Below, piece by piece: positions 1 to 60,495 of a stretch of 64,000 nt of DNA; positions within the stretch are counted from its first letter, which is position 1; the number at the start of each line of letters is the position of its first letter. The notes below the pieces were generated by a model that was given only the letters and a program-made list of their open reading frames with translations, was not told the origin of the DNA and did no database searches. This DNA is from the human T2T-CHM13v2.0 reference genome, Homo sapiens: NCBI RefSeq assembly GCF_009914755.1, contig NC_060928.1. One strand, given 5' to 3'. The translations under genes were made by a program, and so were the position numbers.

Positions 1-2058
<2,058 letters not shown>

Positions 2059-2549
2059 GAGATGATTTCTGCACTTCTGAGAGAATCTCCTAGAATGTGT
2101 ATACGGAGTTCAGCACTGTGCATTTGTAATGACTGCCCTTTATTGTAATATCACTCTACAATATGTATATTAAATAAGGCAGCTGCATAAGAAAAGCATT
2201 GAGACGCAATGTGATTCTGCAAGCCAATCTTTGCCTTCCTTATATTTATTTGTATGTCACATTATATTACTTTCCAATAATGATGTCAAATGTGCATCTA
2301 CTATCTAACTAATATTTATTTATAATATTTACTTAATTAATATTGATACAGGTAATTACCATCCTTATTTAGTGACTCCCTGACTTCCTCCCATAAAGCT
2401 ACAAAGAAATGGAAAGTATCACGTGGGGATATTTACATCTATTTCTAACAAAACCTAAAACAAACACCAATTGCTTTATGTATTTAACAGTAGAGACATT
2501 TCTTCCTTGCTGCAGTTGTTAAAGATATTTAGAAAATAAAGAATCTGGG

Positions 2550-2815
2550 CCTAGGTGGGCAGATCACTTGAGCCCAGGAGTTTGAGACCAGCCTGGGCAA
2601 CATGGCAAAACCCCATCTCTACTAAACCCCATCTCTACTAAAAATACAAAAGATCACCCAGGCATGGTGGCATGTGCTTGTAGTCCCAGCTACTTAGGAG
2701 GTTGAGGCAGAAGAATCGCTTGAACCTGGGAGGCAGAGGTTGCAGTGAGCTAACGCCATTGCACTCCAGCCTGGGTGACAGAGCAAGACTGTCTCCAGAA
2801 AAAACAGAACGAAAA
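2550..2815 (+). mobile_element. 5'-truncated Alu with 19-bp TSD
   Basis: Alu consensus; AGAAAATAAAGAATCTGGG at 2531-2549 and 2816-2834. Confidence 0.93.
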
Positions 2816-3764
2816 AGAAAATAAAGAATCTGGGAAGTGCAGCATTGTAACTCTCATTGTCCACCCCCCACCCCCACAAAGAGTTACTTGGTGTTCTTTG
2901 TGTTGATACTAATAGTCTTACATCTCTGAAAAAAAGTTCTTCCTTTCTTAGACAGGAACATGCATCATTAAATTATAAGAAAACAATGCTAAGAAATAGG
3001 GAAGAGAAAAATCAAAGTAAGTGTCATAATAAATGTCAAATGTTTAAAATGTCACATTTCAAATTGAAATTATATAAATCTACATGATTTTAAACATTTG
3101 AACATTTTAAACATTTGAAGATCCCTTAGCTTTATACCCAAATTAAAATTAATCAGACTGATATCAAAAGACAGTTTGGATGCCAGTAAAAGAGGCATCC
3201 AAATATGAAATATGAAAGTCCACTTCCATGAAATCTATGAGTTTTCTCACTAAACAATGTCCTCAAAGCCAGTGGAGCTACCACCGATGTCATCAGAGAC
3301 AGCCCTAGAGGGAGTGGGGCACTTTTGCCCTTCCTCCTTCAGGGGTTCAAGCTGAGGAAAAGGATGGTCTCCCTCCCCCTTCAAAAGGTGCAAAATGGAT
3401 TCAGGTCTTGAGAAGAACATGAAGTCTTTACAATCTTCAGGCCTCTGCTTTACTGGTGCACAGTAACAAGAGCGATTTCTCTGAGGAAACAATTAACTTC
3501 TATAAATCATCAATATTTACTACTCTTCACCATTTAGAAGAGACTTTTCCCTTGGAGCTTACTAACAATGGAAAAGTTATTTCATGCTATGTAAGTATGA
3601 GATTCCCTCATATGTGATACATGTTAATATATACAGCCTTCTTTCTATGTAAAGGAAGCGGGACCTCAGAACCTCCTTGGGCAGAACCTCCTTGGGTGAC
3701 TATTACATGTTTTTCAAGTAGGTAAATCTGCCCAATTTAATCTACTAAACCAATCTGCATGTAA

Positions 3765-3979
3765 TAACAGCTACCATTTATTGAATGCTTATACTGTGTG
3801 CCAAGCAATGAGACAAGTGCTTTACAAGAAACATCTTAGCAAATATGCCCAAGATGGGATTACTATTTTTTATATACAGATGAGAAAATTGAGGCTCTGA
3901 AGAGTTAAGTAACTTGCCCTGTGGTCACTGACTCAGTAAAGGGTAAAGACCAGATTTGAACCCCTGGTCTGTGTGATTC
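3765..3979 (-). mobile_element. MIR SINE interrupted by an LTR
   Basis: MIR core ACAGATGAGAAAATTGAGGCT...AAGTAACTTGCCC...ATTTGAACCC. Confidence 0.8.
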
Positions 3980-4811
3980 CGAAACAGGAAAATTCCCTTA
4001 TCCCCATCGCAGGGCATGCGATGGGGGTGTCACTCACTTCTTCAGTGCCCCACTGCTCAAACCTCTAGGGGGAGCATGCAGAAGGGCAGGTTGTGGGGCT
4101 CGGACTCCACGGCAGCGTATAGGGGTGAACGTTTACAGCTCCTGAAGCCCTGCTCAGCGTTTGTTACAGGGTGCTCTTTTAGTTTAGTCATCCGGATGGC
4201 TTGTGTTAGCTAGCTCAATTAGACCTCCTGCCTAATTGCAAGGAGAGGGCTTTCTGTGTCCTGAGGTTTCTTGCCTTGGTGTAACCGGAAGAATCGGATC
4301 CCACGTGAGGGCTTGGAGAATGAGTGCAAGATTTTATTGAGTGGAAGTAGCTCTCAGCAGATGGAGAAGCCAGAAGGCAGATGGAGTGGGAAGGTGGTTT
4401 TTCCCTGGAGTCGGGCTGCTCAGCAGCCCAGATCTCCCCTGACCACCTGGGGCTAAAATCTGCATCATTCTGCCGGTGGATGGCCTGCCTGTTGATGGCC
4501 TGCCTGCATCTGTTGTGTGCTCTTCCCCTGGCACGCTTCTATGCACGTCCAGCCGCTTGTGTGTTCTTCCGCCAATATGTTCTTCTCAACATCCAGCTGC
4601 TTGTGTCTCTGCCTGCTAGGGTCTCAGGGTTTTTATAGGCACAAGGCAGGGGTGTGGCAGGCCAGGGTGGTCTTGGAAAATGCAACATTTGGGCAGGAAG
4701 GCAGGAGTGCCTGTCCTCACCTAGGTCCATGGGCACAGGCCCAGTGGTGGAGCCCTAGCCAGGGCCCACGTCCTTCCCTTCCCAGCACTTCCCTGCCCCA
4801 CTCCCGTGTCA
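3980..4811 (-). mobile_element. ERV1-class solo LTR (LTR1/MER52/LTR27-like group)
   Basis: Minus strand starts TGACACGGGAGTGGGGCAGGGAAGTGCTGGG and contains a TATAAAA box; 4-bp TSD ATTC at 3976-3979 and 4812-4815; subfamily uncertain. Confidence 0.85.
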
Positions 4812-4934
4812 ATTCCAGTAATGATATACTTTTCATTATTTCATGTTGCTTCTTAAGTCTACTTCATGCAGTAGGCTGTGATGACATAAAGATATTCATT
4901 GAGAGACTACCATGGTATACCACGTGTCCTAGGA

Positions 4935-5370
4935 CTAGACAATTTGTTCCTCAGTTTTCTGGTTTTAAAATGAGGATAATAAAGATTCCTTCCTCACAGG
5001 GTAGTTGTGATGATTAAGTTAATTAATACATGTAAAATGCTTAGAATAGTACATAGCACATAATAAGTGCTATGTAATTGTTAGATATTATTCTGAGTTC
5101 CAGGAATCAGAGATACATCACTGAAAAAAACAGATAAAAATCTTTGCTTTCATAAAACTTCATTCTAGAGAAACAGCAAATGAACAAACAACATATACAA
5201 TATGTCAAAATGTAGCAAGAACCATGAAGAACAAAAGTAAAAAAGGAAGATAAAAAATACTGGGAGGAGGGTGGTTGGGGAACTATTTTACATAGGGTTC
5301 TCTTGGAAGGCCTCAGTGAGGTAACATTTGAGCAAAGACTTGGAAGCAACATGGTAGTAAGCCATGCAGA
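4935..5370. mobile_element. MIR fragment followed by L2 fragment
   Basis: CCTCAGTTTTC...AAAATGAGGATAAT...TGTAAAATGCTTAGAATAG (MIR), then L2-like 3' sequence. Confidence 0.65.
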
Positions 5371-5485
5371 CTGAGGCATGAGAATTGCTTGAACCCAGGA
5401 GGTAGGAGGTTGCAGTGAGCTGAGATCATGTAAGTGTACTCCAGCCTGGGTGACAGAGCGAGACTCTGTCTCAAAAAAAAAAAAA
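5371..5485 (+). mobile_element. Alu right-arm fragment
   Basis: CTGAGGCATGAGAATTGCTTGAACCCAGGAGG...GAGACTCTGTCTC plus poly(A). Confidence 0.9.
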
Positions 5486-5499
5486 TTAGTATTTGCTAG

Positions 5500-6612
5500 A
5501 TTGCAATAATTGGTTCTTCAGGAGTTGAGTGGGGAATGCTGCCACCAGGATAAACACTATGGAATTCATTGCACTTCAAACTTTTACTTAGTTACCTTGT
5601 GCTTCTTACGGAAGTGGACAAGCTGGCAAAGAAAGGAGTTACTATGCTCGTGGGAGTAATCAACTGTGATTAGCAAAAGGATCTAGGATTGTTGCTCCAC
5701 AATAGCACTAGGGAGGAATTTGGAATCCAAATAATTCGCTGGGGCTTACTAGGTGTTTCTGTACCCAGGGATAATTTGAACAGGTAATTACAGCAATCAT
5801 GGCTTAACCAGAGAAAGGAAAATAAAGGCTGAAGGTGGGGGCTATTTCACCAGAGAAACAACTTAGACCAGCTGATGTGCTGGTCAATGGTGAGGGAAAA
5901 TTAGAATGGGTAGTGGAAGAGGGAGTTAATACAAGTATGGTCCTGACATTGATGCAGCAGTAAAAACTGAAGCTTATTCTATTAACTCTCTTATATTAAG
6001 GCTTTGCTGAGATTGTGGCTGGCCATCACCTTGAAGAGACCTCTGTGAAGGACTGAACATAACAGAGCACACAGGCAGATCAGAGTGCTGCAAGATATGG
6101 ACACCTTCTATGTCCTTCTGTGCAACTTAGGCCATGACTTCAAATCCCTTCAGCCTATTATTCTAACCACTGCTGCAGCAACCTGCTCGGAGCAGGTTTG
6201 ATGACCTTTGAACAAGTGCGAAATACCAGCACCTCTCCTCTCACTTCCTGCCCCAGCATGTCTCTGATGTGGGAGTCAGCTTGGCATTCACAACTGTGCG
6301 ATTTGTAAGTGTGAAGTAGTTAATGCCCAAGGGCATTAACCTTCGATCAAAGAGGACAGGAGCCGACATACAAATGCTTCCTCCGTTCTTTCCTTTAATG
6401 GACAGTTCTGAGACTCATTTCATAAAGCTTCTTAGAAGGTCCTAAGGGACTAAGAAAACATTCAAATATGGTGATGACCAACTCAGTAACACATTCTTAT
6501 ACTGCATCTCCCTTTTTGTTTTGTCTTCTTCCTCTTCCCTCATTTTGCTCCCTGGGATCAAATTTCCAAATAAACTATTGCATATAAGTGTCACTTTGCA
6601 GGGAATCCAAGA
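5500..6612 (+). mobile_element. Old ERVL internal 3' fragment plus LTR16-like LTR
   Basis: Degenerate ERVL-like internal sequence (GGCAAAGAAAGGAGTTACT...GATTGTTGCTCCACAAT), followed by an LTR16-like end CTCCCTGGGATCA...CCAAATAAACTATTGCA. Confidence 0.55.
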
Positions 6613-7179
6613 GGAGAGAGGATAATTTAATTTTTGGACACACAAGTTTGAGGTGTCTATAAGACATCCAAGTGGAAATGTCAGGCGATGGGCAGTATAT
6701 ACACAAATCTTGAGGTTCAAGAAAGAGATCTAGGCTTCTGAAATGCAATTCATTTCCCAACTTTGAGGAGGGCTATAAACATACAGGTAAATAAAAGAAA
6801 GATAATAGGACCAAAAAACACATGCAATTGTCATAGAGTGTCCACAGTAAGCATTCCGGTGCCAAGCAGGAAAGGGTCTTTGTAAAGATATAACCAGATC
6901 CTGCTCTTAAAAGGGAAGTCATTTGATGAAAGTGAAAAGTATTCTAACTACTGTTTGCTCATTTAAATTTCTAGCACATTTATCTGATCTGTACCTCTCT
7001 TTGGTCACTTATTTTGTGTCCTATTTTATATATATTTGTACCTACACCTTGTCTAGTCCTACCACACTGTGAACTCCTTTAGGTTAAGATTCATGCCTGA
7101 ATCACCTCTGTACCTGGAATCAAAGTGCCTAGCATTAAAAAAAAAAGGTGCCAGGAATATTGAATAAATAAAACACCTA

Positions 7180-7470
7180 CCTGCAACCAGCAACATTGGC
7201 ATCATTTATGCATCCCAAACTTAAATATGCATAAGCATCATCTTGCTAAGATGCAGATTCTGATTCAGTAGATCTGAAGTGAGCCAGAGAGGCTGCATTT
7301 CCTAAAAAGCCCCCAGATGATACCCAAGCAGCTGATCCACGGACCACACTTTGAGTATCAAGGTCATGAGGACAATGGTTCTTGACCTTAGCTGCATATG
7401 AGAATCATCTGGGAAGATATTAAAAGTACTGATGTCTGGGTCCCACCCGCAGGGATTCTGATTTAACTCA
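7180..7470. mobile_element. MER5-type hAT-Charlie fragments
   Basis: ATGCAGATTCTGATTCAGTAGATCTG...GGACCACACTTTGAG and a second copy starting TGGTTCTTGACCTTAGCTGCA. Confidence 0.75.
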
Positions 7471-7619
7471 TTTAAGCTCTCCAAAGTTTAAGTAGCAAAG
7501 ATCTAGAGTTAATAGAGCTTTACGTATGAAAAAAGAAAACATTTAATCGAATTTCTTCTTAAATGAATTGCTGCAAATATCTGAATAAATAACTCTTAAT
7601 CCCCAACTCCCAAGTCAGT

Positions 7620-8350
7620 TTCTGTGCCACAAAGGCCCCGCCCCTGCCCTTCCCTGACACGCCCCTCCAATGAGGCCTTGTTCCGCCTGGCCACGCCCGT
7701 CGGTTGGCGCCCCGCCCCTCCGCGTCTATTGGCCGCTCCCTTTTTCTCCCATCGCTGCTTCTTCCTTCTCTACGCGGTCAACTTCCGGCGCGGAGTTTGT
7801 CACGTGCCCGGATATAGGAAGTGTTGGGGGAACGGCCGCTTCCCGTTCAACGCTTTATTGAGGGGCGTATCCTAGTGGCCCCCATCCGGTCTCCGTTTTG
7901 GAAGACCCGCCTCGGCACAGCCAGGCTCAGTCCGGCCTTGCGGTAAGCCTTCGGCCGCGGCTGCCCGGTAGTCCCGGCGGCGGCGGACAGACGAGCTGAC
8001 AGGCACCAGGGTCTAAGGCGGCTCCTCAGTCCGGCTGCTGTCTCCACGCCTGGGGTCGGGCACCGCTCCTTCTGACCTTCCTTTCCCCGTTTGTCCCGGT
8101 AAGACGAAGTTTGGTCAGAGCATTCTCCAGTCCCTTGTCCTCGGGTCTAGGAGAATGCGGAGCTGGGAGGGCAGTCCTCACGGGCCCCATTACGGTTCCG
8201 CCCATCGGAACCAGATTTTGTTTGTGCAAAATGACCCTGATCGTAAGCTCTTTGGCGTGGTCCAGGAGAGGAGAGCGTGACTGTGCCTTCCTCTTTGTCC
8301 AAATTCACATCCCGGCCCCCCAACCCCAACTCCCCCCCACCCCCCGCCAA
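7620..8350 (+). promoter_or_regulatory. EXOC1: CpG-island promoter of EXOC1
   Basis: CpG-rich; GC boxes at 7634-7644 and 7709-7718; KLF-type CACGCCC twice; CCAAT at 7667-7671 and ATTGG at 7728-7732; ETS ACTTCCGG at 7781-7788 and GGAAGTG at 7817-7823; E-box GTCACGTG at 7799-7806. Confidence 0.9.
7810..7942 (+). other. EXOC1: EXOC1 non-coding exon 1 (start approximate); alternative downstream donor at 8098/8099
   Basis: Donors GCG|GTAAGC at 7942/7943 and CCG|GTAAGA at 8098/8099; no ATG in the exon; the TSS cannot be fixed from sequence alone. Confidence 0.7.
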
Positions 8351-9599
8351 ATCTCTTAAGTGTATTTCTCTATTTCCTTGCACAGTTATATCTTCTAGAT
8401 GGCAATGCTTCATGCATTAATATATCTCAGCAGCATACAGGGCCCAATGCACACGGGCACTCACACTGACAGGCTATTTGTCACACAGTGTGGTGGTCCA
8501 ACTGAGCTGAAGGAAACAACCAGTACAGAGTAAGCAGTGGATGGCTGCCTTTGGAACGTGGTCAGATATGGGTTCTCAGACCTGGAGAATAATTTTAGAG
8601 GACCTCTAGGGATTTATTTACTGACTTTCAGAAAAGTACCGTAAAGACTGAAGAGTTAATCACTCGACTCTTAGGATGTAAATGCCATAGAAACACCCGG
8701 CTTCAGGTCTTCATAAACATATCTGTCATGTTGACTACTGTAACCTAGAATAGTGTCTGCCACCTAATAAGCATGAGTATTTGCTGAATGAATGAAGAGT
8801 CACATACTGCTTTTCATTATGGCTAACTCCTTTATGAGGTATGCCCAATCCTGTCTTGTTTTGCCTCTTACTGTACACTCAGTTGCTTTTAGCCAGAGAA
8901 GGAGTATGTGGTAAACGTTGGTCCCTATTATTCATTTGACCAGTTTTTACTATTCAGTTCTAATTACCTTAATAGATATTTAAGTATCCACTAAACACAA
9001 AACTATGATGAACATCCCTCCCTTCTTTAAGAGAATTCTTGAGATAGAGAAGCTTATGATTTAATGAGCCCATTAGACGGCAAATGCAGTAAGTGCTGTA
9101 GAAATTTAGAGGAGAGATCACTTTGGATTAAGATCTTCATTGAATCAACTTCATGTAAACCATGAAGTGTAATTAGGGTTTGGATAGGGCGGAGATGATA
9201 TTCCTTACATGGAAAGTACCAAAGTGAAGATTTGATGTCCAAAATGAACAGAGTGTTTGGAGTGGAATGTTTTTGAGAACATTAGGAAAACGTTGAGTAA
9301 AAGCGTGATGTGATACAAACTGTCTTTTAAAATTATCTTGTTGTTCAGGGTTGTGGGACCTTGCAAAGAGAACCAGATTTTGTAGGGTTAAGTAAAGTTG
9401 ATATGAACCTGGGTCAGTATATTTGCAGTGCGAAAAGAAAGGAATAAATTACATGTAGATGGGGGGAAATCGCAGAATGTGGTAGCAGATTTCATGTTGA
9501 TAAGGGAATAGGGAAGCAAATATGGTAGATTTTGAACCTGGACATTTGCTTATAGATGTGAAAGTTAGGAAAGGGGAATCTTGGAGGAGCTATAGCTGT

Positions 9600-10620
9600 C
9601 ATGTTAGTGAATTTAAGCATTTGTTAAATGCCTAGTTTGTCAAGTTCTAGGAATACAAAGATGATTAAGACATGGTCCTACTTTTAATAGGGGATAAAAT
9701 ACAGCTAGCTAGAAAATACAATTCATAAATGCCGTATTTATGAAGTAGAGGGGAAGTGTTAGAGAGGTAGAAATTACTCTTTGCGTGGGGCGGCTGCAGG
9801 GAGGGGGCTACTTTACAGAAAAGATGACATTTTAGCACAATCTTGAGGGATGAATTGTAATTTCCTAGGGAGAAGAGAATTCTAGGAAAAGAAGGTTGCA
9901 TGAACAAAAGCCCAGAGATAGAAAAGTAAACTGGCCAGTGCCATTGTGGCTTGGGCTTAGGAAGAAATATAACATAGTGTCTGGGCCCTACAACATATTA
10001 AGGGATTAGCAGCATGGACACTCTATAATAAGCCAAAAGGAGGAGAGGTTGGGTGAAGGTGTGGAGAGACGGAGAAGCAAGCAATTGGGGATAATTGTAT
10101 TTCATGGCTTTTATATCCTCTGCAAGGTAGATTGTTAAGTCATTTGCAGAGCGGGAGGAGGCTAACTGCTAGACCTGGAAACTGAAGGAGAGTAATAAGG
10201 ATTTACAACAATAGTCATGGGGAACGGAAAAAGGAATCATCAAATGAGGGATTAATTGCCGAGCAGCATTGAAAGTCTAACTTTCACTGGATGTAGATAT
10301 TTGTAATGCACGCAATGAGCGTGGATATGTGGCTTTTGAAAGTGGCATTTGGTAGTCCAAGAGAAGTGAAGAAAATAATACAGTTTATGGAGATTGATAA
10401 AAACAAGATCAGCTGGTCTACAAACAGGGTGAAATAATTGTAGGGGATAGTTTAGGTATAGGGAAATGAGCACTGTCTCCAGGCTAGGTTGGAAAAGAAG
10501 TAAACTTGGAGAGGCCAGATTAAGAGAACAGAAAGAAGGGCAATGTCAGAAGACTAGAGGCTGAGATGAAGTGGAAGTGGGAAGATGTGAATTTTATGAG
10601 AAAAGCAATTTTTGGAATTG
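9600..10620 (-). mobile_element. Degenerate L2 fragments
   Basis: AAGCATTTGTTAAATGCCTA...TTCTAGGAATACAAAGATGA L2 3'-end pattern followed by a purine-rich body. Confidence 0.5.
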
Positions 10621-10944
10621 GAGCAGAGATAGAAGTTTTACAGATTGAGTAAAATATTGGAAAGACTTGTTTTACAAAATAGTCATTGTGCTATAAAAAT
10701 ACGTTGTAAATCATTTATTTAAAAATCATGATTTCTTCATTTTCCCATAGAAAGAAATAGTGTTTTAGAAGTTAGTGTCCTAGGCAAGCTCACATGTATG
10801 AAATACTACACATTTGCATTGAAAAATTGTAATACATATCCACACAAATATGTATATGAAAAATAAAATAGAGATTTAAAATTATTTTAAGTTGATGTTT
10901 GAAAAGATGCTGAGTTAGATAAGAAAAAGGAGATAAGTGGAAAC

Positions 10945-12165
10945 CTATTTTTATAACAGTTTTATTGAGATTATGTATCATAAAATTTACCCTTTTCAAT
11001 TGTATAATTGAGTGATTTTTGGCATATTCACAAGGTTGTATAACCATCATTACTATCTAGTTGAAAGACATTGTCATCACCCCAAAAAAGAAACTCCATA
11101 CCCATTAACAGTCAATCCTCGTTTCCACCTTCCCTTCCAGCTCCCGAAAACCACTTATATTTCTGTATCTATGGATTTTCCTACTCTGGATATTTCATAT
11201 AAATGGAATCATACAATACGTGGTCTTTTGTGGCTGACTCCTTTCACTTAGCATAATCTTTTCAAGATTCATCAATATTTTAGCATGTTTCATTACTTCA
11301 TTTCCTTTTTTTCTTTTTTTTTTTTTTTTTTTTTTTTTTTGGAGACAGAGTCTGGCTCTGTCTCCCAGGCTGTAGTGCAGTGGCGCAGTCTCGGCTCACT
11401 GCAAGCTCCGCCTCCCGAGTTCATGCCATTCTCCTGCCTCAGCCTCTCCCAGTAGCTGGGACTACAGGCACCCACCACCATGCCCGGCTAATTTTTTTGT
11501 ATTTTTAGTAGAGACGGGGTTTCACCGTGGTCTCGATCTCCTGACCTCTTGATCCGCCCGCCTCGGCCTCCCAAAGAGCTGGGATTACAAGCGTGAGCCA
11601 CCGCCCGTGCCCGGCCCTTTGTTTTTTTTGCAGCCGAATAATAATCCATTGTATGGATATACCACATTTTGCTTATGTATCATTTGATGGACATTTCTGT
11701 TATTTCCATTTTTTGGCTATTGCAAATAGTGCTACCATGAACATTCATGTACAAATTTTTGTGTGGACATATGTTTTCAGTTCTCCTGGAGTGGAATTGT
11801 TGGATTATAAGGTAGCCCATGTTTCACTTTATGAGGAGTCACCAAGCTGTTTTCCAAAGTGGCTGCACCATTTTACAATCCCACCAGCAATGTATGAGAG
11901 TTCTGTTTCCTCTCATCTTCACCAACACTTGTTACACCAACACTTGTTATTTTCTATCGTTTTTATTTTAACCACCCTCATGGGTGTAAAGTGGTTGATA
12001 CCTCATTGTGGTTTTGATTTGCATTTCCCTAGTGGCCAGTGATGTTAAGCATGTTTTCATATGCTTATTGGCCATTTGTATATCTTTGGAAAAATGTCTG
12101 TTCAGGTCTTTTATTCAGTTTTTAATGGGGTTATTTGTCTTCTTATTGTTGTAAGGGTTCTTTAT
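10945..12165 (-). mobile_element. Old L1 (L1MB-like) 3' end interrupted by a young Alu
   Basis: Antisense L1 motifs ATATAAATGGAATCATACAATA, CCATTTTACAATCCCACCAGCAATGTATGAG, CTCATTGTGGTTTTGATTTGCATTTCCC. Confidence 0.85.
11303..11615 (-). mobile_element. AluY-lineage element with a 12-bp left-arm deletion (Yd-like)
   Basis: GCAAGCTCCGCCTCCCG and GCCATTCTCC AluY diagnostics; TTTCACCGTGGTCTCGATC lacks the usual TTAGCCAGGATG segment; long T tract. Confidence 0.9.
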
Positions 12166-12468
12166 GTAGAAAACTATATTAAAAGTTTGAGCAGTGGGTT
12201 GAAGATTTTTTTCTTAAATCTTGTGTGTGTGTGTATACTTGGTGAGCATTTCCAAACATTTTAGAGTTTGATAACACTGGTTCTCTAATTTTATTTCCAA
12301 ACTTACAGCTTTGTATTTTTGTGATATAGGTGTATTCATATATTAAATCATTTTTCCTAGGCTTGTTAACCAAAAATTATTTTCAAATCATAAATTCAGA
12401 AGTATAAGATGGAATGATGTTGAGGGTGAGCTTAATATCTATACTCCACATTTTTCAGCTGAGAAAAG

Positions 12469-58646
<46,178 letters not shown>

Positions 58647-59136
58647 ACCTTGTGAAAGAAGAAAAGATAACTGAATGAAGCATTTGAGTATAACAGACAC
58701 TATACCAAAATACCAAGCAACTGTTTTGAGAACCCAGACTTAAAATTTTATGTATTATTAAATGTTAGATAAATGGGTAGTACCATACTACAAATATTTA
58801 AATGCAAAATTACCAACCTATATAGCAGTTTTATTTGCCCTATAGGTTGCATACTAACTTAAGCATTCATGTCACCATAAAATGCCTTTAGCATTTCTCA
58901 ATGACTGGATGGGAAATTTTCCTTTATTGCCTAGCTGCTTGTGTTTGAGTGGTTGTCCTATGAGCAATGCATTTGGAGTTCTTCAGCTTTCACTACTTCT
59001 CTGTTGCTTGCTAATCATGTAACTACTAAAATACTGTACAAAATTGTTTTTTCACACTAACAAATGTGTATATGGAGAAGAGGGCTCATGTGATGATCAT
59101 TTGTGAACTTAGATTTTTGAGGATTATGTGACTAGT

Positions 59137-59153
59137 AATAAATGTGAAATAAA
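59137..59153 (+). terminator. EXOC1: EXOC1 polyadenylation signals
   Basis: AATAAA at 59137-59142 and 59148-59153; upstream TGTA motifs; proximal ATTAAA at 58757-58762. Confidence 0.8.
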
Positions 59154-59304
59154 TTTTCAAAAAAGTTGACATTTGATAATATTTTTAGGTCTATCATATG
59201 CTGTCTTCTGTATTAAAGCAAGTTCTTACAAAATCCATATACAAAAATTAATTGCAAGTTTATATACCACAAAACACTTAAAAGTTTAATAATAAGTAAA
59301 GTAA

Positions 59305-59590
59305 GCCGGGTGCAGTGGTTCATGCCTGTAATTCCAGCACTCTAGGAGGCCAAGGAGGGAGGACTGATTGAGGCCAGGAATTTGAGACTAGTCTGGGCGA
59401 CACAGTGAGACCCTGTCTCCATAGAAGAACAATTTTTTGTGGTGGCACATGCCTATAATCTAAGCCACTTGAGAAGCTGAGGCAGGAGGATTGCCCCAGC
59501 CCAAGAGTTTGAGTGAGTTGTGATTGTGCCACTGTACTCCATCCTGGGCAACATAGCAAGATATTGTCACTTGAAAAAAAAATAAGAAAA
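59305..59590 (+). mobile_element. Alu (AluJ-like)
   Basis: Diverged Alu with A tail. Confidence 0.9.
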
Positions 59591-59641
59591 ATAATAATAT
59601 TGAAGATGTTTAGTATTTAGGACTAACTCTAACAAAAGATG

Positions 59642-59974
59642 TGCTATATCCTGAATTGTGGCCCTACTAACATTTTATGTTGATGCCCTAACCCCCCATG
59701 TGGCTGTATTGGAGATAGGGTCTTTAAGGAGACGATTAAGTTTAAATGAGGTCAGAAGAGTAGGAACCCTGATCCAATAGACTCAATGCCCTTGTAAGAA
59801 GAGGAAGAGACAGCAGAGCTCACTCTCCCTCTGCTGTGGGAGGGCACAATGAGAAGGCAGCTGTCTGCAAACCAGGAAGAGAGCCCTCACCAGAACCTGA
59901 CCATGCTGGCACCATGATCTCAGACTTCCAGCCTCCAAAACTGAGAAAATAGTTTGGCAGCCCAAGCTAATACA
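59642..59974 (+). mobile_element. MaLR solo LTR (MLT1A-like)
   Basis: TG...CA ends; GCCCTCACCAGAACCTGACCATGCTGGCACC...GACTTCCAGCCTCCA; 5-bp TSD AGATG at 59637-59641 and 59975-59979. Confidence 0.88.
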
Positions 59975-60099
59975 AGATGTATAAGACATTTATGGAGAAA
60001 TTAGAACTACTGAAAGATATTAAAGAAAACCAAAATAAGTGAAGAAGTATTTAATGTTTCCAGATAAGAACACATATACTAAAGTAGAAATGGCAGTCC

Positions 60100-60495
<396 letters not shown>

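Noticed and set aside
3667-3696. Short tandem duplications (15 bp here; ~21 bp at 24519 and 42072; ~31 bp at 27182)
   Set aside because: Two-copy slippage duplications without spacers; not CRISPR-like or otherwise structured
4016-5017. Overlapping ORFs up to 166 aa
   Set aside because: They lie in a GC-rich LTR, with no recognisable protein similarity
12459-12468. Possible N-terminal extension of EXOC1 from a non-AUG start
   Set aside because: In-frame TGA 9 nt upstream of the ATG
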